The position numbers and the translations under genes are program-made. From the NCBI GenBank assembly GCA_963668625.2, contig CAXXKA010000008.1, positions 1,152,001-1,216,000 of the forward strand: a stretch of DNA of 64,000 nucleotides. Direction: 5' to 3'. This DNA is from an uncultured candidate division Zixibacteria bacterium (GTDB taxonomy: Bacteria; Zixibacteria; MSB-5A5; UBA10806; 4484-95). Below, in pieces: positions 18,763-28,122 of this stretch (positions are counted from its first letter, which is position 1; each line of letters starts with the position of its first letter). Below the pieces are notes generated by a model. That model did no database searches, was not told the origin of the DNA, and saw only the letters and a program-made list of their open reading frames with translations.

Positions 18763-19845
18763 GTGATGTTGATTGAATCGCGCAAAGCGAAATATATAAC
18801 CGTTGATGGTCGGGAGCTTATCATTTTCTCGTCCAACGACTATTTCGGTTTCTCGTATCACCCTGATGTTATCAAGGCCGCATTGTTGGCGATGGAAAAA
18901 TATGGCTGCGGAACCGGCGGAGCTCCGGGGACATCAGGAACAACGGATATCCATATAAAACTGGCCAAATCGATTGCCGAGTTCAAGCATCGACCTTACG
19001 CAGTGCTGTTTCCCTCCGGGTATTCCGCCAATGTGGGTCTTCACCAGAGCCTGGCCTACGAAAACACTATTATATTCAGTGATCAACGTAATCACCCCTC
19101 GGCCGGTGATGGCATCAAGCTTTCAAGCTGTGATAAAAAAGTCTATAAGCATCGCGACTACGATAATCTCGAGGAGTTGTTGAGTAATGATAAACATCAG
19201 AGGAGAATCGTTACCACCTGCTCGGTATTTACCATAGATGGCGCGGTTACTGATTTAAAACGTCTGGTCGAGTTGAAAGAAAAATACGGCTTCCTGCTTA
19301 TTCTGGATGAAGCCCATGCCACCGGCTGTATCGGAGAAACCGGCAGGGGTCTGGAAGAGGTGTATCACCTCGAGGGCAAAGCGGATTTTATCATGGGGAC
19401 TTTTTCCAAAGCCTTCGGTTCTCAGGGCGGGTTTATCGCCTATTCGGATGAGTCATCCAAGTACCTGAAAAAACCTCTTCGACCGATGAGCTATTCCACC
19501 TCGATTGCCACACCCTCGGCGGCCGCCTCGCTGGAGGCGATAAAAATTCTTCGCTCCAATCCGGACATGGTTGCTAAAATGCGAGAAAATATTACCAGGA
19601 TTCATACTAAACTTCAAAAGGATGGTTTAAGCTTAAACGAGCCGGGCCGTCATATCGTAAATATCTATTACGAGAGCGAGCAGAAAACCAGTTCCATCGT
19701 AGATAAGCTGAAACAAAATGGATTTTTCGTAGTACCAATAAACATCGATGACAGATCGGGGTTAAGGATAACGGCGATGTCAGTCCATACTAACCACGAG
19801 ATAGATGGTTTTTGTAAGATACTTAAAGAATTGGAAACAAAATAA
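18763..19845 (+). CDS. PLP-dependent alpha-oxoamine synthase (BioF/Kbl/SPT family)
   Basis: SSNDYFG, FPSGYSAN, NHPS..DG, LDEAHA, GTFSKAFG (PLP Lys). Confidence 0.85.
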   Translation: MMLIESRKAKYITVDGRELIIFSSNDYFGFSYHPDVIKAALLAMEKYGCGTGGAPGTSGTTDIHIKLAKSIAEFKHRPYAVLFPSGYSANVGLHQSLAYENTIIFSDQRNHPSAGDGIKLSSCDKKVYKHRDYDNLEELLSNDKHQRRIVTTCSVFTIDGAVTDLKRLVELKEKYGFLLILDEAHATGCIGETGRGLEEVYHLEGKADFIMGTFSKAFGSQGGFIAYSDESSKYLKKPLRPMSYSTSIATPSAAASLEAIKILRSNPDMVAKMRENITRIHTKLQKDGLSLNEPGRHIVNIYYESEQKTSSIVDKLKQNGFFVVPINIDDRSGLRITAMSVHTNHEIDGFCKILKELETK

Positions 19846-19930
19846 GAACTAAATGGATTTTTAACATTAAGGAGTTAGTCTAAATTCCGATAGATGTTAA
19901 TGAGGGATATACGCTGCAACGGCGTTTATG

Positions 19931-19957
19931 GGCGACGGGTCACCGTCGCTTTTTTTT
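19931..19957 (+). terminator. Intrinsic terminator
   Basis: GGCGACGG-GTCA-CCGTCGCT followed by a T run. Confidence 0.85.
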
Positions 19958-20000
19958 ATGCCCTTGATTCCTATCGCTAATAATTATATTATTAATCACT

Positions 20001-20567
20001 ATGGCAATGATCAGGACATTCATAGCGGTGGAGATCCCGCAGGAGCTTAAACAGGAGGTCGACAGACTGATAGTTAAGCTAAAATCGGACGCCCCGGAAA
20101 TCCGCTGGGTACGCGCCGCTAACCTTCATTTTACCCTGCGCTTTCTCGGCGATGTCGAGGAAAGCGATATTCCCGGTTTAACCGAGCTGGTAAATAAGCA
20201 CACCGAAAATCAAACCGCTTTCAAGATTCGCCTTTCCGGGTTGGGATGTTTCCCGAATATGAAACGTCCGAGAGTGGTCTGGCTGGGTGCGGATGGGGAA
20301 ACAGATAATTTCAAGCAAACCGCTTATAAGGTTGAATCAGCATGCCGGGAGGCCGGTTTCGGCAAGGGTGATAAACCGTTCTCACCCCATCTGACTATCG
20401 GCCGAATTAAAAATTCGCGGGGGTTGGAGGATTTCATCAAGACACTACCGGATGTTAAATTCACCTCCGAGGAATTCGAGGTTGATCACCTGGTAGTATT
20501 CCGCTCCGATCTATCCCCCCGTGGTCCAAGGTACACATCATTGGCCAGGGTATACCTGGCGAAATAA
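20001..20567 (+). CDS. thpR: RNA 2',3'-cyclic phosphodiesterase (2H family)
   Basis: RTFIAV, HFTLRFLG, FP...RPRVVW, PHLTIGR, S.L...GP.Y. Confidence 0.92.
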   Translation: MAMIRTFIAVEIPQELKQEVDRLIVKLKSDAPEIRWVRAANLHFTLRFLGDVEESDIPGLTELVNKHTENQTAFKIRLSGLGCFPNMKRPRVVWLGADGETDNFKQTAYKVESACREAGFGKGDKPFSPHLTIGRIKNSRGLEDFIKTLPDVKFTSEEFEVDHLVVFRSDLSPRGPRYTSLARVYLAK

Positions 20568-20760
20568 ACTACCACCGACCGCAGTACCGGCGGCTTTTTT
20601 ACTGCCAATTTAAGCCAGTTGTAACTTGTTACAAAGCCCCGACTTTGAAACTCACCATATTTGAAAAACTTCGTATTGATATTTAACTAACAGTAAAACC
20701 AAAATCGAAATAAAGTTTCTCGAATACATCTGTTTCCAAATCGGAGTTTTTAGTGCCAAT

Positions 20761-20790
20761 AAAAAAAGGCGCCCACATGAGCGCCTCTTT
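20761..20790 (-). terminator. Terminator of the LVIVD-repeat gene
   Basis: A run, then AGGCGC-N8-GCGCCT. Confidence 0.6.
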
Positions 20791-20834
20791 GTTTTATCTA
20801 TCCGGCGAGAAGATGTCTCGCTGATAAGAAAATT

Positions 20835-22955
20835 CTATTTCAATAATGTCATCTTACCGGTCTCGTTGTATTCTTCTGCCGCTATTCTGTAGAAATACAT
20901 GCCCGAACTGAGTCCGGCAGCATTCCAGTTAATATTCTGAGGACCGCTTCCCAGATAACCGTTAAACGCGGTCGTGACTTTTCTACCGGTGATATCATAA
21001 ATATTAACCTGGACATTTCCGGATTGGGTGAGATTGAACGATATCTCGGTGGAGCTGTTGAATGGATTAGGGTAGTTCTGTGAAAGCGCATACGATCCGG
21101 GTACCGTTTCGAATCTCTCCTCGATTCCGGTTTCGCTGAAACTCAATACAATCATCGAATTGTAATCTGATACGTACACGTAATCATTCAATACGAACAC
21201 GCGCATAGCCCGTCCCGGCGTATTATAGTGAGCCACCAGAGTCGGTGAGGCCTGGTTGCTGATATCGATCGCCAACACACCATTCTCATCATCCGCTACG
21301 AACGCATAGTTACCGGAGATCTTGACATCCCTGGCATAACCGTCGGTGTCATAAGTCGAGATCAGCGCGGGACTGGCAGGATTGTTAACGCTGATTATTT
21401 TCAATCCTTCGGTATAGTCTGCCACATATGCGAACAATCCTGATTTATCAACACCATTAGCCTGATAGGTATCATAGTAACCACTTTCAGTCGGACTGGC
21501 GGGTGTTGAAACATTAATCACTCGTAATCCGGCGCCATAGTTCGCTATATAGGCGTAACTGCCATCGACTACTATATCGTATACGGCATCGGATGAGGTA
21601 TAAGAACCAACCGGTGACGGACTGGCCGGCGTGGTCACATCGTAAATCATCATACCCGGACCGGCATAGCCCGTGTAAGCGTAGTTGCCGTCAACATAAA
21701 TACAATAAGCGGTTCCTGTAGTATCCACAGCTCCCAGACGTGTCATACTAGCCGGGTTAGTTACGTTAACCGTTATTAAGGTGGTATCATCGTTGGCGAT
21801 AAATGCTGTATTGCTTGCAACACATACTCTTTTGGATGGCTCATCAGTAGCATGATTGCCATCAACTACAGGCGCCGATTTATCGGTGACATCCACCGCA
21901 TGCAAACCATCGGAGTGTGATGCCACATAGGCTTCGTTTCCTACAACATATGTATCGTTGATACGAGAATTGTTATCGATTCGGTATTCGCCGATCTCTA
22001 CCGGTGAACTTGGCGTCGTAACCTGCACTATCTCCATACCGACATAGTAGTCGGCCAGGTAGCAATAGTTGGCGCCATCGTAAAAACAGCTTTGAAGATT
22101 GGTCATAGCTGAACTATTGGCAGCGATAAACGGGCTGGCAGGATTAGTTACGTTAACCACCCTGAAATAATAAGCATCCGAAATAAACGCGTAATTTCCA
22201 GAGGCTTTGATATCCCTTGTCCAGCCGCCGGTATCCAAACTACCTACTACCGCCGGTGATGCCGGCGTGGAGATATCGGCAATGATTAAACTCATACTGA
22301 ATGAGGTGGTTCCAAGATATGCGTAGTTGCCGTCGATTGCCACGGTTTGGCAACCGTGTGGAACCGTGAAATCGGCAACACTTGTCGGGCTTCCCGGCGT
22401 GGTCACATCCACTATATGAAGATCGCCCCCTGTATCAGTCAGGTAAACATAATTGCCATCAATGGTGATATCATCCGCCCAGGTTATATTCGTAGTAAAC
22501 GAACCGGCTAGCGTAGGATTAGTTATCGTGGTAATATCAACAATCTGCAAACCGGCATTTCCACACGCCACATAAGCATAGTTTCCCGAAACCACGACAT
22601 CCTGGGCGCTACCGTCAAGATCAATCGAACCGGCCAGTGATGGGGTGGACGGGTTGGCGATAATGAATAAACCATCCTCAGCCGCAGTGTAATAACACCT
22701 GCTCGAACCGGCGGCTATTCCCGTACCGGTTACACCAAGGTATAATTGGGATGTCATGGATGGATTAGCGCGGTTGTTAATATCGTAAATCATAACACCA
22801 TCGATAAAAGCGCAGTAGGCGTAGCTGCCGTCAACCTCAACATCCGAGGCGCCATTCCACAGGGTCGAGCCGGTGTAATTTAATGCCGCTCCATAAATTG
22901 ATCCTGAAAATAATAAAATGGAACACACAAGTGTAACAAACACTTTACCCCTCAT
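20835..22955 (-). CDS. Secreted LVIVD-repeat beta-propeller protein with a T9SS-A/FlgD-Ig-type C-terminal domain
   Basis: Signal peptide; many G.YAYVA....GL.I.DV..P..P repeats; QNYPNPFN...SSGMYFYRI...KMTLLK. Confidence 0.88.
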   Translation of the reverse strand: MRGKVFVTLVCSILLFSGSIYGAALNYTGSTLWNGASDVEVDGSYAYCAFIDGVMIYDINNRANPSMTSQLYLGVTGTGIAAGSSRCYYTAAEDGLFIIANPSTPSLAGSIDLDGSAQDVVVSGNYAYVACGNAGLQIVDITTITNPTLAGSFTTNITWADDITIDGNYVYLTDTGGDLHIVDVTTPGSPTSVADFTVPHGCQTVAIDGNYAYLGTTSFSMSLIIADISTPASPAVVGSLDTGGWTRDIKASGNYAFISDAYYFRVVNVTNPASPFIAANSSAMTNLQSCFYDGANYCYLADYYVGMEIVQVTTPSSPVEIGEYRIDNNSRINDTYVVGNEAYVASHSDGLHAVDVTDKSAPVVDGNHATDEPSKRVCVASNTAFIANDDTTLITVNVTNPASMTRLGAVDTTGTAYCIYVDGNYAYTGYAGPGMMIYDVTTPASPSPVGSYTSSDAVYDIVVDGSYAYIANYGAGLRVINVSTPASPTESGYYDTYQANGVDKSGLFAYVADYTEGLKIISVNNPASPALISTYDTDGYARDVKISGNYAFVADDENGVLAIDISNQASPTLVAHYNTPGRAMRVFVLNDYVYVSDYNSMIVLSFSETGIEERFETVPGSYALSQNYPNPFNSSTEISFNLTQSGNVQVNIYDITGRKVTTAFNGYLGSGPQNINWNAAGLSSGMYFYRIAAEEYNETGKMTLLK

Positions 22956-22987
22956 TAGTCCTCCTTTTAAAAGATAATTTAATACTT

Positions 22988-23014
22988 TTATCGGAGAAAA
23001 AAGACGTCTATTAA
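22988..23014 (-). promoter_or_regulatory. Sigma28-like promoter
   Basis: Minus strand TTAA-N15-TCCGATAA upstream of SD AAGGAGG and ATG 22955. Confidence 0.5.
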
Positions 23015-23162
23015 TTGTATAGGATTGAATTAACGGGGTGTGTTTCAGTATTAGCTCCGGAATGTTACAATCGAGATAGCCGGGCTGATATTATTATGGG
23101 ATACAGGATTATAGAAAGATAAAACCGTATTAAGATCACAAATTGAACATAGATTCAGTTAA

Positions 23163-23855
23163 TTATGCTGACGCTCGCTCAGTCATCTCCACCAACCACT
23201 GATGTACTGGATTCATTGCTTTATATGCCTTAAACGCTAATTTAACCAGATCGGTCGAGTAAAACTCCGATGGGATTTTCAGCGTGTGGCTGGCGAACAG
23301 GCCGTTATATAGAAGATATTCGGCGTTTTTATGATTATTATCGTAGCTGGCCGGGATTTTTTTATAATGCTTGCCACCGACCTGGTAGCCGGCTTTCTCG
23401 ACTCTCTTTATGGCTTTAATCATCGCCGGGCCATGGGTTTCGTGCACTACCTGGTCGCGGAAAAATTTCTGACGGCTCGAATCGAATATATGTATGCCAC
23501 CGGCCAGCATCAGGTTGGGTGGTTCCATATGGAAATAAAAACCCGAGTAATCGAATCGCTTACCCTCACCCTGCCAGAACCAGATACCGAGGTTGGTCTT
23601 TAACGGCCGCTTGTCTTTAGAGAACCTGACATCCCGGAAGATTTTAAACAACGATTTGTTCACTCGCGGATCGGCGTGTATCCCTGGCGAGATTTTCTGT
23701 AAGTGATTCCCCATTTCGGATACGAAATCACGGGCAGGATTGAGCACGAAATTATCGTAATCATTGCGATGCTTATCGAACCAGGTTTTACTGTTGTTTT
23801 TCGCCAGCTCTTTATAGAATTTCACGCATTGTTTCGGGAAACCATCGAATGACAT
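23163..23855 (-). CDS. DUF2461 family protein
   Basis: F.GF....F..L..NN.K.WF, RDVRFSKDKRP.K, GFYFH. Confidence 0.85.
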   Translation of the reverse strand: MSFDGFPKQCVKFYKELAKNNSKTWFDKHRNDYDNFVLNPARDFVSEMGNHLQKISPGIHADPRVNKSLFKIFRDVRFSKDKRPLKTNLGIWFWQGEGKRFDYSGFYFHMEPPNLMLAGGIHIFDSSRQKFFRDQVVHETHGPAMIKAIKRVEKAGYQVGGKHYKKIPASYDNNHKNAEYLLYNGLFASHTLKIPSEFYSTDLVKLAFKAYKAMNPVHQWLVEMTERASA

Positions 23856-23975
23856 GGGGGGCTCCTTTTTATTGCAAATGCTTTATTTCCGACAATAGAT
23901 GAGTTTAATAATACTATATATAACCACTTCAAAAATAACATTGTTTCAGGATAAGCTAAAGGTTTAGCTAAGAAA

Positions 23976-24473
23976 TTACTCCTTGAACGAAAACAGCAAC
24001 GGTTCTATATCGTAATATTCTCCATCACATTGGATGACATCCTCACCCATGAGTATAAGCTTATCACCTCGTTTGTAACGAAAATAATTACTGGAATAAC
24101 CGGGGTCTTTGTTGGGGTTGTAGACCTCAACCATGTGCCGGATTTTTAACTTGCCCGGTTTGGCAAGCGTTTTGATTTCATAATTATTTACACGATTAAA
24201 TACGCGGCGGTTATTATGCATTACGATAAGTTTATTCTGATCGAATTTGAGTGGCCTGACTGAACGAGTATTGAAATGAAAGGAAAGATATTTGCCGAAT
24301 TCTATATCGGCTTTTATCTCAACAGTGAATTTATCATAGCATAATTCTTTTTTGTGAGGTTTAACACCATCAACATATAATTTTGACGGACGAGGTTCAG
24401 GCACGCAGACACTGGATGATAACACGCAGATAGTGATTATGTTCAAGAAACCGAATGCTAGTAATTTATTCAT
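23976..24473 (-). CDS. Hypothetical exported protein
   Basis: 165-aa ORF with a hydrophobic N-terminus; visibly more AT-rich than recA. Confidence 0.6.
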   Translation of the reverse strand: MNKLLAFGFLNIITICVLSSSVCVPEPRPSKLYVDGVKPHKKELCYDKFTVEIKADIEFGKYLSFHFNTRSVRPLKFDQNKLIVMHNNRRVFNRVNNYEIKTLAKPGKLKIRHMVEVYNPNKDPGYSSNYFRYKRGDKLILMGEDVIQCDGEYYDIEPLLFSFKE

Positions 24474-24551
24474 AATAAGAAATGGTAAATTGTTTCACTG
24501 TTGCCGGGCACGAGACCACCCGGCAACACAGTATATACTTAAATCAGAAAA

Positions 24552-25634
24552 TTACTTTTTAGTTTTCGCTTTTTCCTCGGCCTTCTCGGTTTCGCTTTTG
24601 TTGTCCGCTTTCTCCTCGGGTTTATTGCCGTTGGAAGGCAGGTCGTACTTGGCGCGTACTTTAGTTTCTATATCATGCGCCAGATGCATATTTTCGAGCA
24701 GGTAGTTTTTCGAGTTCTCTCGTCCCTGTCCCAGGCGATCATCGCCATAAGAGAACCAGGTGCCGGATTTATCCACGACCTCCATTTTCACGCCCAGATC
24801 GAGCACCTCGCCCATGTGCGATATGCCGGTGCCGTAAACGATATCAAATTCGGCCTCCTTGAACGGTGGAGCGACCTTGTTTTTGACCACCCGAACACGA
24901 GTGCGCGAGCCGGTGACCTCCTGCCCATCCTTGAGCGTGGCAATCTTCCTGATATCCAGCCTGACCGAGCTGTAAAATTTGAGCGCGTTACCGCCGGTGG
25001 TGGTTTCCGGGTTACCGAACATCACACCGATTTTCATACGAATCTGATTGATAAACACCAAACAGGTTTTTGATTTCGAAACCGTGCCCGCCAGCTTCCG
25101 CATAGCCTGAGACATTAGCCGCGCCTGCAAGCCCATCTGGGCATCGCCCATCTCGCCCTCGATCTCCGCCCGAGGAACCAGCGCCGCCACCGAGTCAACC
25201 ACTATAATATCGATAGCATTGGAGCGTACCAGTGTCTCGGTGATCTCCAGCGCTTGCTCGCCGGTATCAGGCTGTGATATCAGCAGGTTATCGATATCCA
25301 CGCCCAGTTTCTTGGCATAACCGGCATCCAGGGCATGCTCGGCATCGATAAAGGCTGCTACGCCGCCGGCTTTCTGCGCCTCGGCGATAGCATGGAGAGC
25401 TAACGTTGTTTTGCCCGAGGATTCCGGGCCGAATATCTCGATAACCCTGCCCCTGGGAATTCCGCCGATACCCAGGGCGATATCCAACCCCAGAGAGCCT
25501 GTTGAGATCGTGGCAATCCTGGCAACCTGTGCGCCGTCTCCCAGACGCATGATAGAGCCTTTGCCAAACTGGCGCTCTATCTGAACCAGCGCGCTATCAA
25601 TCGATTTCTTTTTATTCGCGTCAATATCTGCCAT
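24552..25634 (-). CDS. recA: Recombinase A
   Basis: [51 protein letters not shown]. Confidence 0.99.
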   Translation of the reverse strand: MADIDANKKKSIDSALVQIERQFGKGSIMRLGDGAQVARIATISTGSLGLDIALGIGGIPRGRVIEIFGPESSGKTTLALHAIAEAQKAGGVAAFIDAEHALDAGYAKKLGVDIDNLLISQPDTGEQALEITETLVRSNAIDIIVVDSVAALVPRAEIEGEMGDAQMGLQARLMSQAMRKLAGTVSKSKTCLVFINQIRMKIGVMFGNPETTTGGNALKFYSSVRLDIRKIATLKDGQEVTGSRTRVRVVKNKVAPPFKEAEFDIVYGTGISHMGEVLDLGVKMEVVDKSGTWFSYGDDRLGQGRENSKNYLLENMHLAHDIETKVRAKYDLPSNGNKPEEKADNKSETEKAEEKAKTKK

Positions 25635-25676
25635 ATTTATCTCCTTAAGCTTAAATTATTTCCGATCACATGTAAA

Positions 25677-25705
25677 AATATAAAACATATGTTCAGTATT
25701 TGCAA
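25677..25705 (-). promoter_or_regulatory. recA sigma70 promoter with an embedded LexA-type box
   Basis: Minus strand TTGCAA-17-TATATT; the spacer holds GAAC-ATAT-GTTT (25683-25694). Confidence 0.65.
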
Positions 25706-25878
25706 GTTTTATTTAAGTATGACCTCCTCCCGGCAGCTAAAAATAATCCTTTATTGATAAATGAGTTATGTTCATTTCGCCGGGATAAACCGATATTCCC
25801 CTAAACTAATTTGCCGTGTAGGCAATCAGGTATACATTACTATAATATAATCATATATTCATTTAGCGCAAATGCTTT

Positions 25879-25907
25879 TTGACATTCCCATAAAATGATA
25901 ATACAAT
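25879..25907 (+). promoter_or_regulatory. Sigma70 promoter upstream of sod
   Basis: TTGACA-17-TACAAT. Confidence 0.6.
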
Positions 25908-25992
25908 TCAAATTACGGAACGTTTTAACTTGCATTTAAGTCATTAATACTTAAATGGTCAATAAATCTGCCAATATTGGAAAGGATTTCCT

Positions 25993-26739
25993 ATGGATAT
26001 CAAAAGACGCGAGCTACTAAAAGCTGCCGGAGGCGCGGTAATGGCCTCCAGCATGATCGGATCATCGCTGGCATTTGCCGGAATAAGCGAGAAAGACAGA
26101 CAGGCAACCACGAATACGGGCTCGGCTATGGGCATAAAAGTACATACCTTACCCGCCTTATCCTACGATTATAACGCCCTTGAACCATATATAGATGCTC
26201 AGACGATGGCCCTTCATCATGATAAACATCACGCCGGCTATGTAAAAGGCTTGAACAACGCCGAGGCCAAACTGGCTTCAGCCCGCGAGGTTGGCGACTA
26301 CAGCTTAATCCAACACTGGTCCCGTCAAGCAGCGTTTCACGGGGGCGGTCATTTCATGCATTCGCTTTTCTGGAAAACCATGGCGCCGCATGGCACGACA
26401 GGCGTAGGCGAGCCGTATGGCCATACCGAGAGGTTAATTAACGAGAATTTCGGCGGATTCGATAAATTTAAAGCTCATTTTTCGGCGGCCGCCAAAGCTG
26501 TTGAGGGATCCGGCTGGGGCATACTGGCCTACCGTCCACAGGATGACAAATTGGTAGTGCTGCAGGTGGAAAATCATCACAAGCTCTCGCAGATGTTCGT
26601 ACTCCCGATATTGTGCATCGATGTTTGGGAGCACGCTTATTACCTGAAATACCAGAACAAGCGCGGCGACTATATCGATGCCTGGTGGAACGTGGTTAAC
26701 TGGCCGGAGGTAGAGGCAAATCTTAAAGCGGCGATGTAG
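25993..26739 (+). CDS. sod: Fe/Mn superoxide dismutase with a twin-arginine signal peptide
   Basis: LP.L.YDY.ALEP, HHDKHH, FHGGGH..HSLFW, GSGWG, DVWEHAYY; N-terminal KRRELLK, h-region and AFA cleavage site. Confidence 0.93.
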   Translation: MDIKRRELLKAAGGAVMASSMIGSSLAFAGISEKDRQATTNTGSAMGIKVHTLPALSYDYNALEPYIDAQTMALHHDKHHAGYVKGLNNAEAKLASAREVGDYSLIQHWSRQAAFHGGGHFMHSLFWKTMAPHGTTGVGEPYGHTERLINENFGGFDKFKAHFSAAAKAVEGSGWGILAYRPQDDKLVVLQVENHHKLSQMFVLPILCIDVWEHAYYLKYQNKRGDYIDAWWNVVNWPEVEANLKAAM

Positions 26740-26938
26740 AGGTTATTATTTGAGTATTCACGGAATACGGGTATCTTGCCACTGTGGAGGATATCTCTGA
26801 TAAATCACGACAATATCGTTTGCTTTCAATCAGCGCTGTTGCCCCGGCAAGATGCTGATGTTATGGAATCTTATTGCGTTTGAATCATTCTGTATCCGGA
26901 TTCCAAAGCGCTGGTGTTTTTAAAAAATCTCCTACGGC

Positions 26939-27024
26939 GCCATTGCGAGGGGGTGAAACGGACGAGGCAATCAGCTAGTTATTATCACTTTATAGATGGA
27001 TTAATTCGCTTCGTTCGTAATAAC
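26939..27024. repeat. Decayed palindromic interspersed element
   Basis: GCCATTGCGAG..GACGAGGCAATC ... GATTAATTCGCTTCGTTCGTAATAAC resembles, from recall, GTCATTGCGAG...GCAATC/GATTGCTTCG...CTCGCAATGAC palindromic repeats. Single copy in the window. Confidence 0.4.
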
Positions 27025-27188
27025 TGTCTTTACTGTTTTTTCAACAACTCGGCTGCCTCATAGCGAGGGGGAATGGACGCTGCTAGCCTGAACTTGATTT
27101 AAGCCTCATGTGGGCGGGATACGAGCTTTCGGTAGTGTCAACAATTATCAATAGATTTACCCGAAATGATATACTAAATTCAATCACG

Positions 27189-28085
27189 ATGAAACTCTCA
27201 ACCAAATCCAAAAATATTTTCGCTGAAATCGGCTTGTTTTATTCGGCTGCTATTTGGGGTTCTACGTTTTTTATTGTCAAACGAGCCCTGGATGGGATCG
27301 ACCCGGTAATTCTGGTGGGTTATCGATTTCTCATTGCGGCGGCGTTGCTGATAATCCCTCTGCTTTTAGCTCGCAAATCACTTACCGGCTTTTTAAAAGA
27401 GGGAATGATTTTAGGAATACTATTGTGGGTGTTGTACGTCGCTCAGACAATCGGCTTGAAATATACCACCGCCGCCAATTCCGGACTTATTACCGGGTTG
27501 TTCGTGGCATTCGTGCCGATTTTCTCGATTACTATTTTTCGCAAAATACCGACTGTAACGGCGGTTGCGGCCACCCTCATCTCCGTATCAGGATTATGGG
27601 TACTCACCGGCGGCCTTGAAGATATTAATTTCGGCGATATAATCACGCTTATAACAGCCGTTGCCTATGCTGTTCATATTCTTTATGCGGATAAATTCAT
27701 CAAGCGCGGAGCGGATCCCTATGTTTTGAGCTTTCAGCAATTCGTTTTCGTCGGAGCAGCCAGCGTGCTGACCGGTATACTTTTCGACTTGCCGTTTACT
27801 ATCGATTCACAGCAGGCATTTCGAATGATGTTGTTCCTGGCGGTATTCCCCTCGTTAACGGCTTTCGCCATTCAGTTAATCGCCCAGAGGCACACGCCAC
27901 CGATAAGGGTATCGCTCATTTTGGCTTTCGAACCGGTGTTCGCCGTGTTATTCGCCTGGACATTGGGCAACGAGACTTACTCGTTTAATAAAATGATGGG
28001 CGGAGTTTTGATATTCGCCGCGTTGATCATATCGGGTATACCCTCCCGGTCAATTATCCGCGCCAAAGAAAAAGCCCCGGAATAA
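27189..28085 (+). CDS. EamA/DMT family transporter
   Basis: IWGSTF, RF..A, QTIGL.YT, GD..TL, EPVFA; about 10 TM helices. Confidence 0.9.
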   Translation: MKLSTKSKNIFAEIGLFYSAAIWGSTFFIVKRALDGIDPVILVGYRFLIAAALLIIPLLLARKSLTGFLKEGMILGILLWVLYVAQTIGLKYTTAANSGLITGLFVAFVPIFSITIFRKIPTVTAVAATLISVSGLWVLTGGLEDINFGDIITLITAVAYAVHILYADKFIKRGADPYVLSFQQFVFVGAASVLTGILFDLPFTIDSQQAFRMMLFLAVFPSLTAFAIQLIAQRHTPPIRVSLILAFEPVFAVLFAWTLGNETYSFNKMMGGVLIFAALIISGIPSRSIIRAKEKAPE

Positions 28086-28100
28086 TATCCGAGGCTTAAA
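28069..28100 (-). terminator. Terminator between convergent genes
   Basis: AAAAAGCCCCGGA...TCCGAGGCTT hairpin. Confidence 0.5.
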
Positions 28101-28122
28101 CCATTTTACTATCGAATAGTTT

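Noticed and set aside
25893-25912. Fur box over the sod promoter
   Set aside because: Only one half-site (TGATAAT) matches, in AT-rich DNA.
26771-26855. Inverted repeat GTATCTTGCC...GGCAAGATGC after sod
   Set aside because: Long unstructured loop and no recognisable RNA family.
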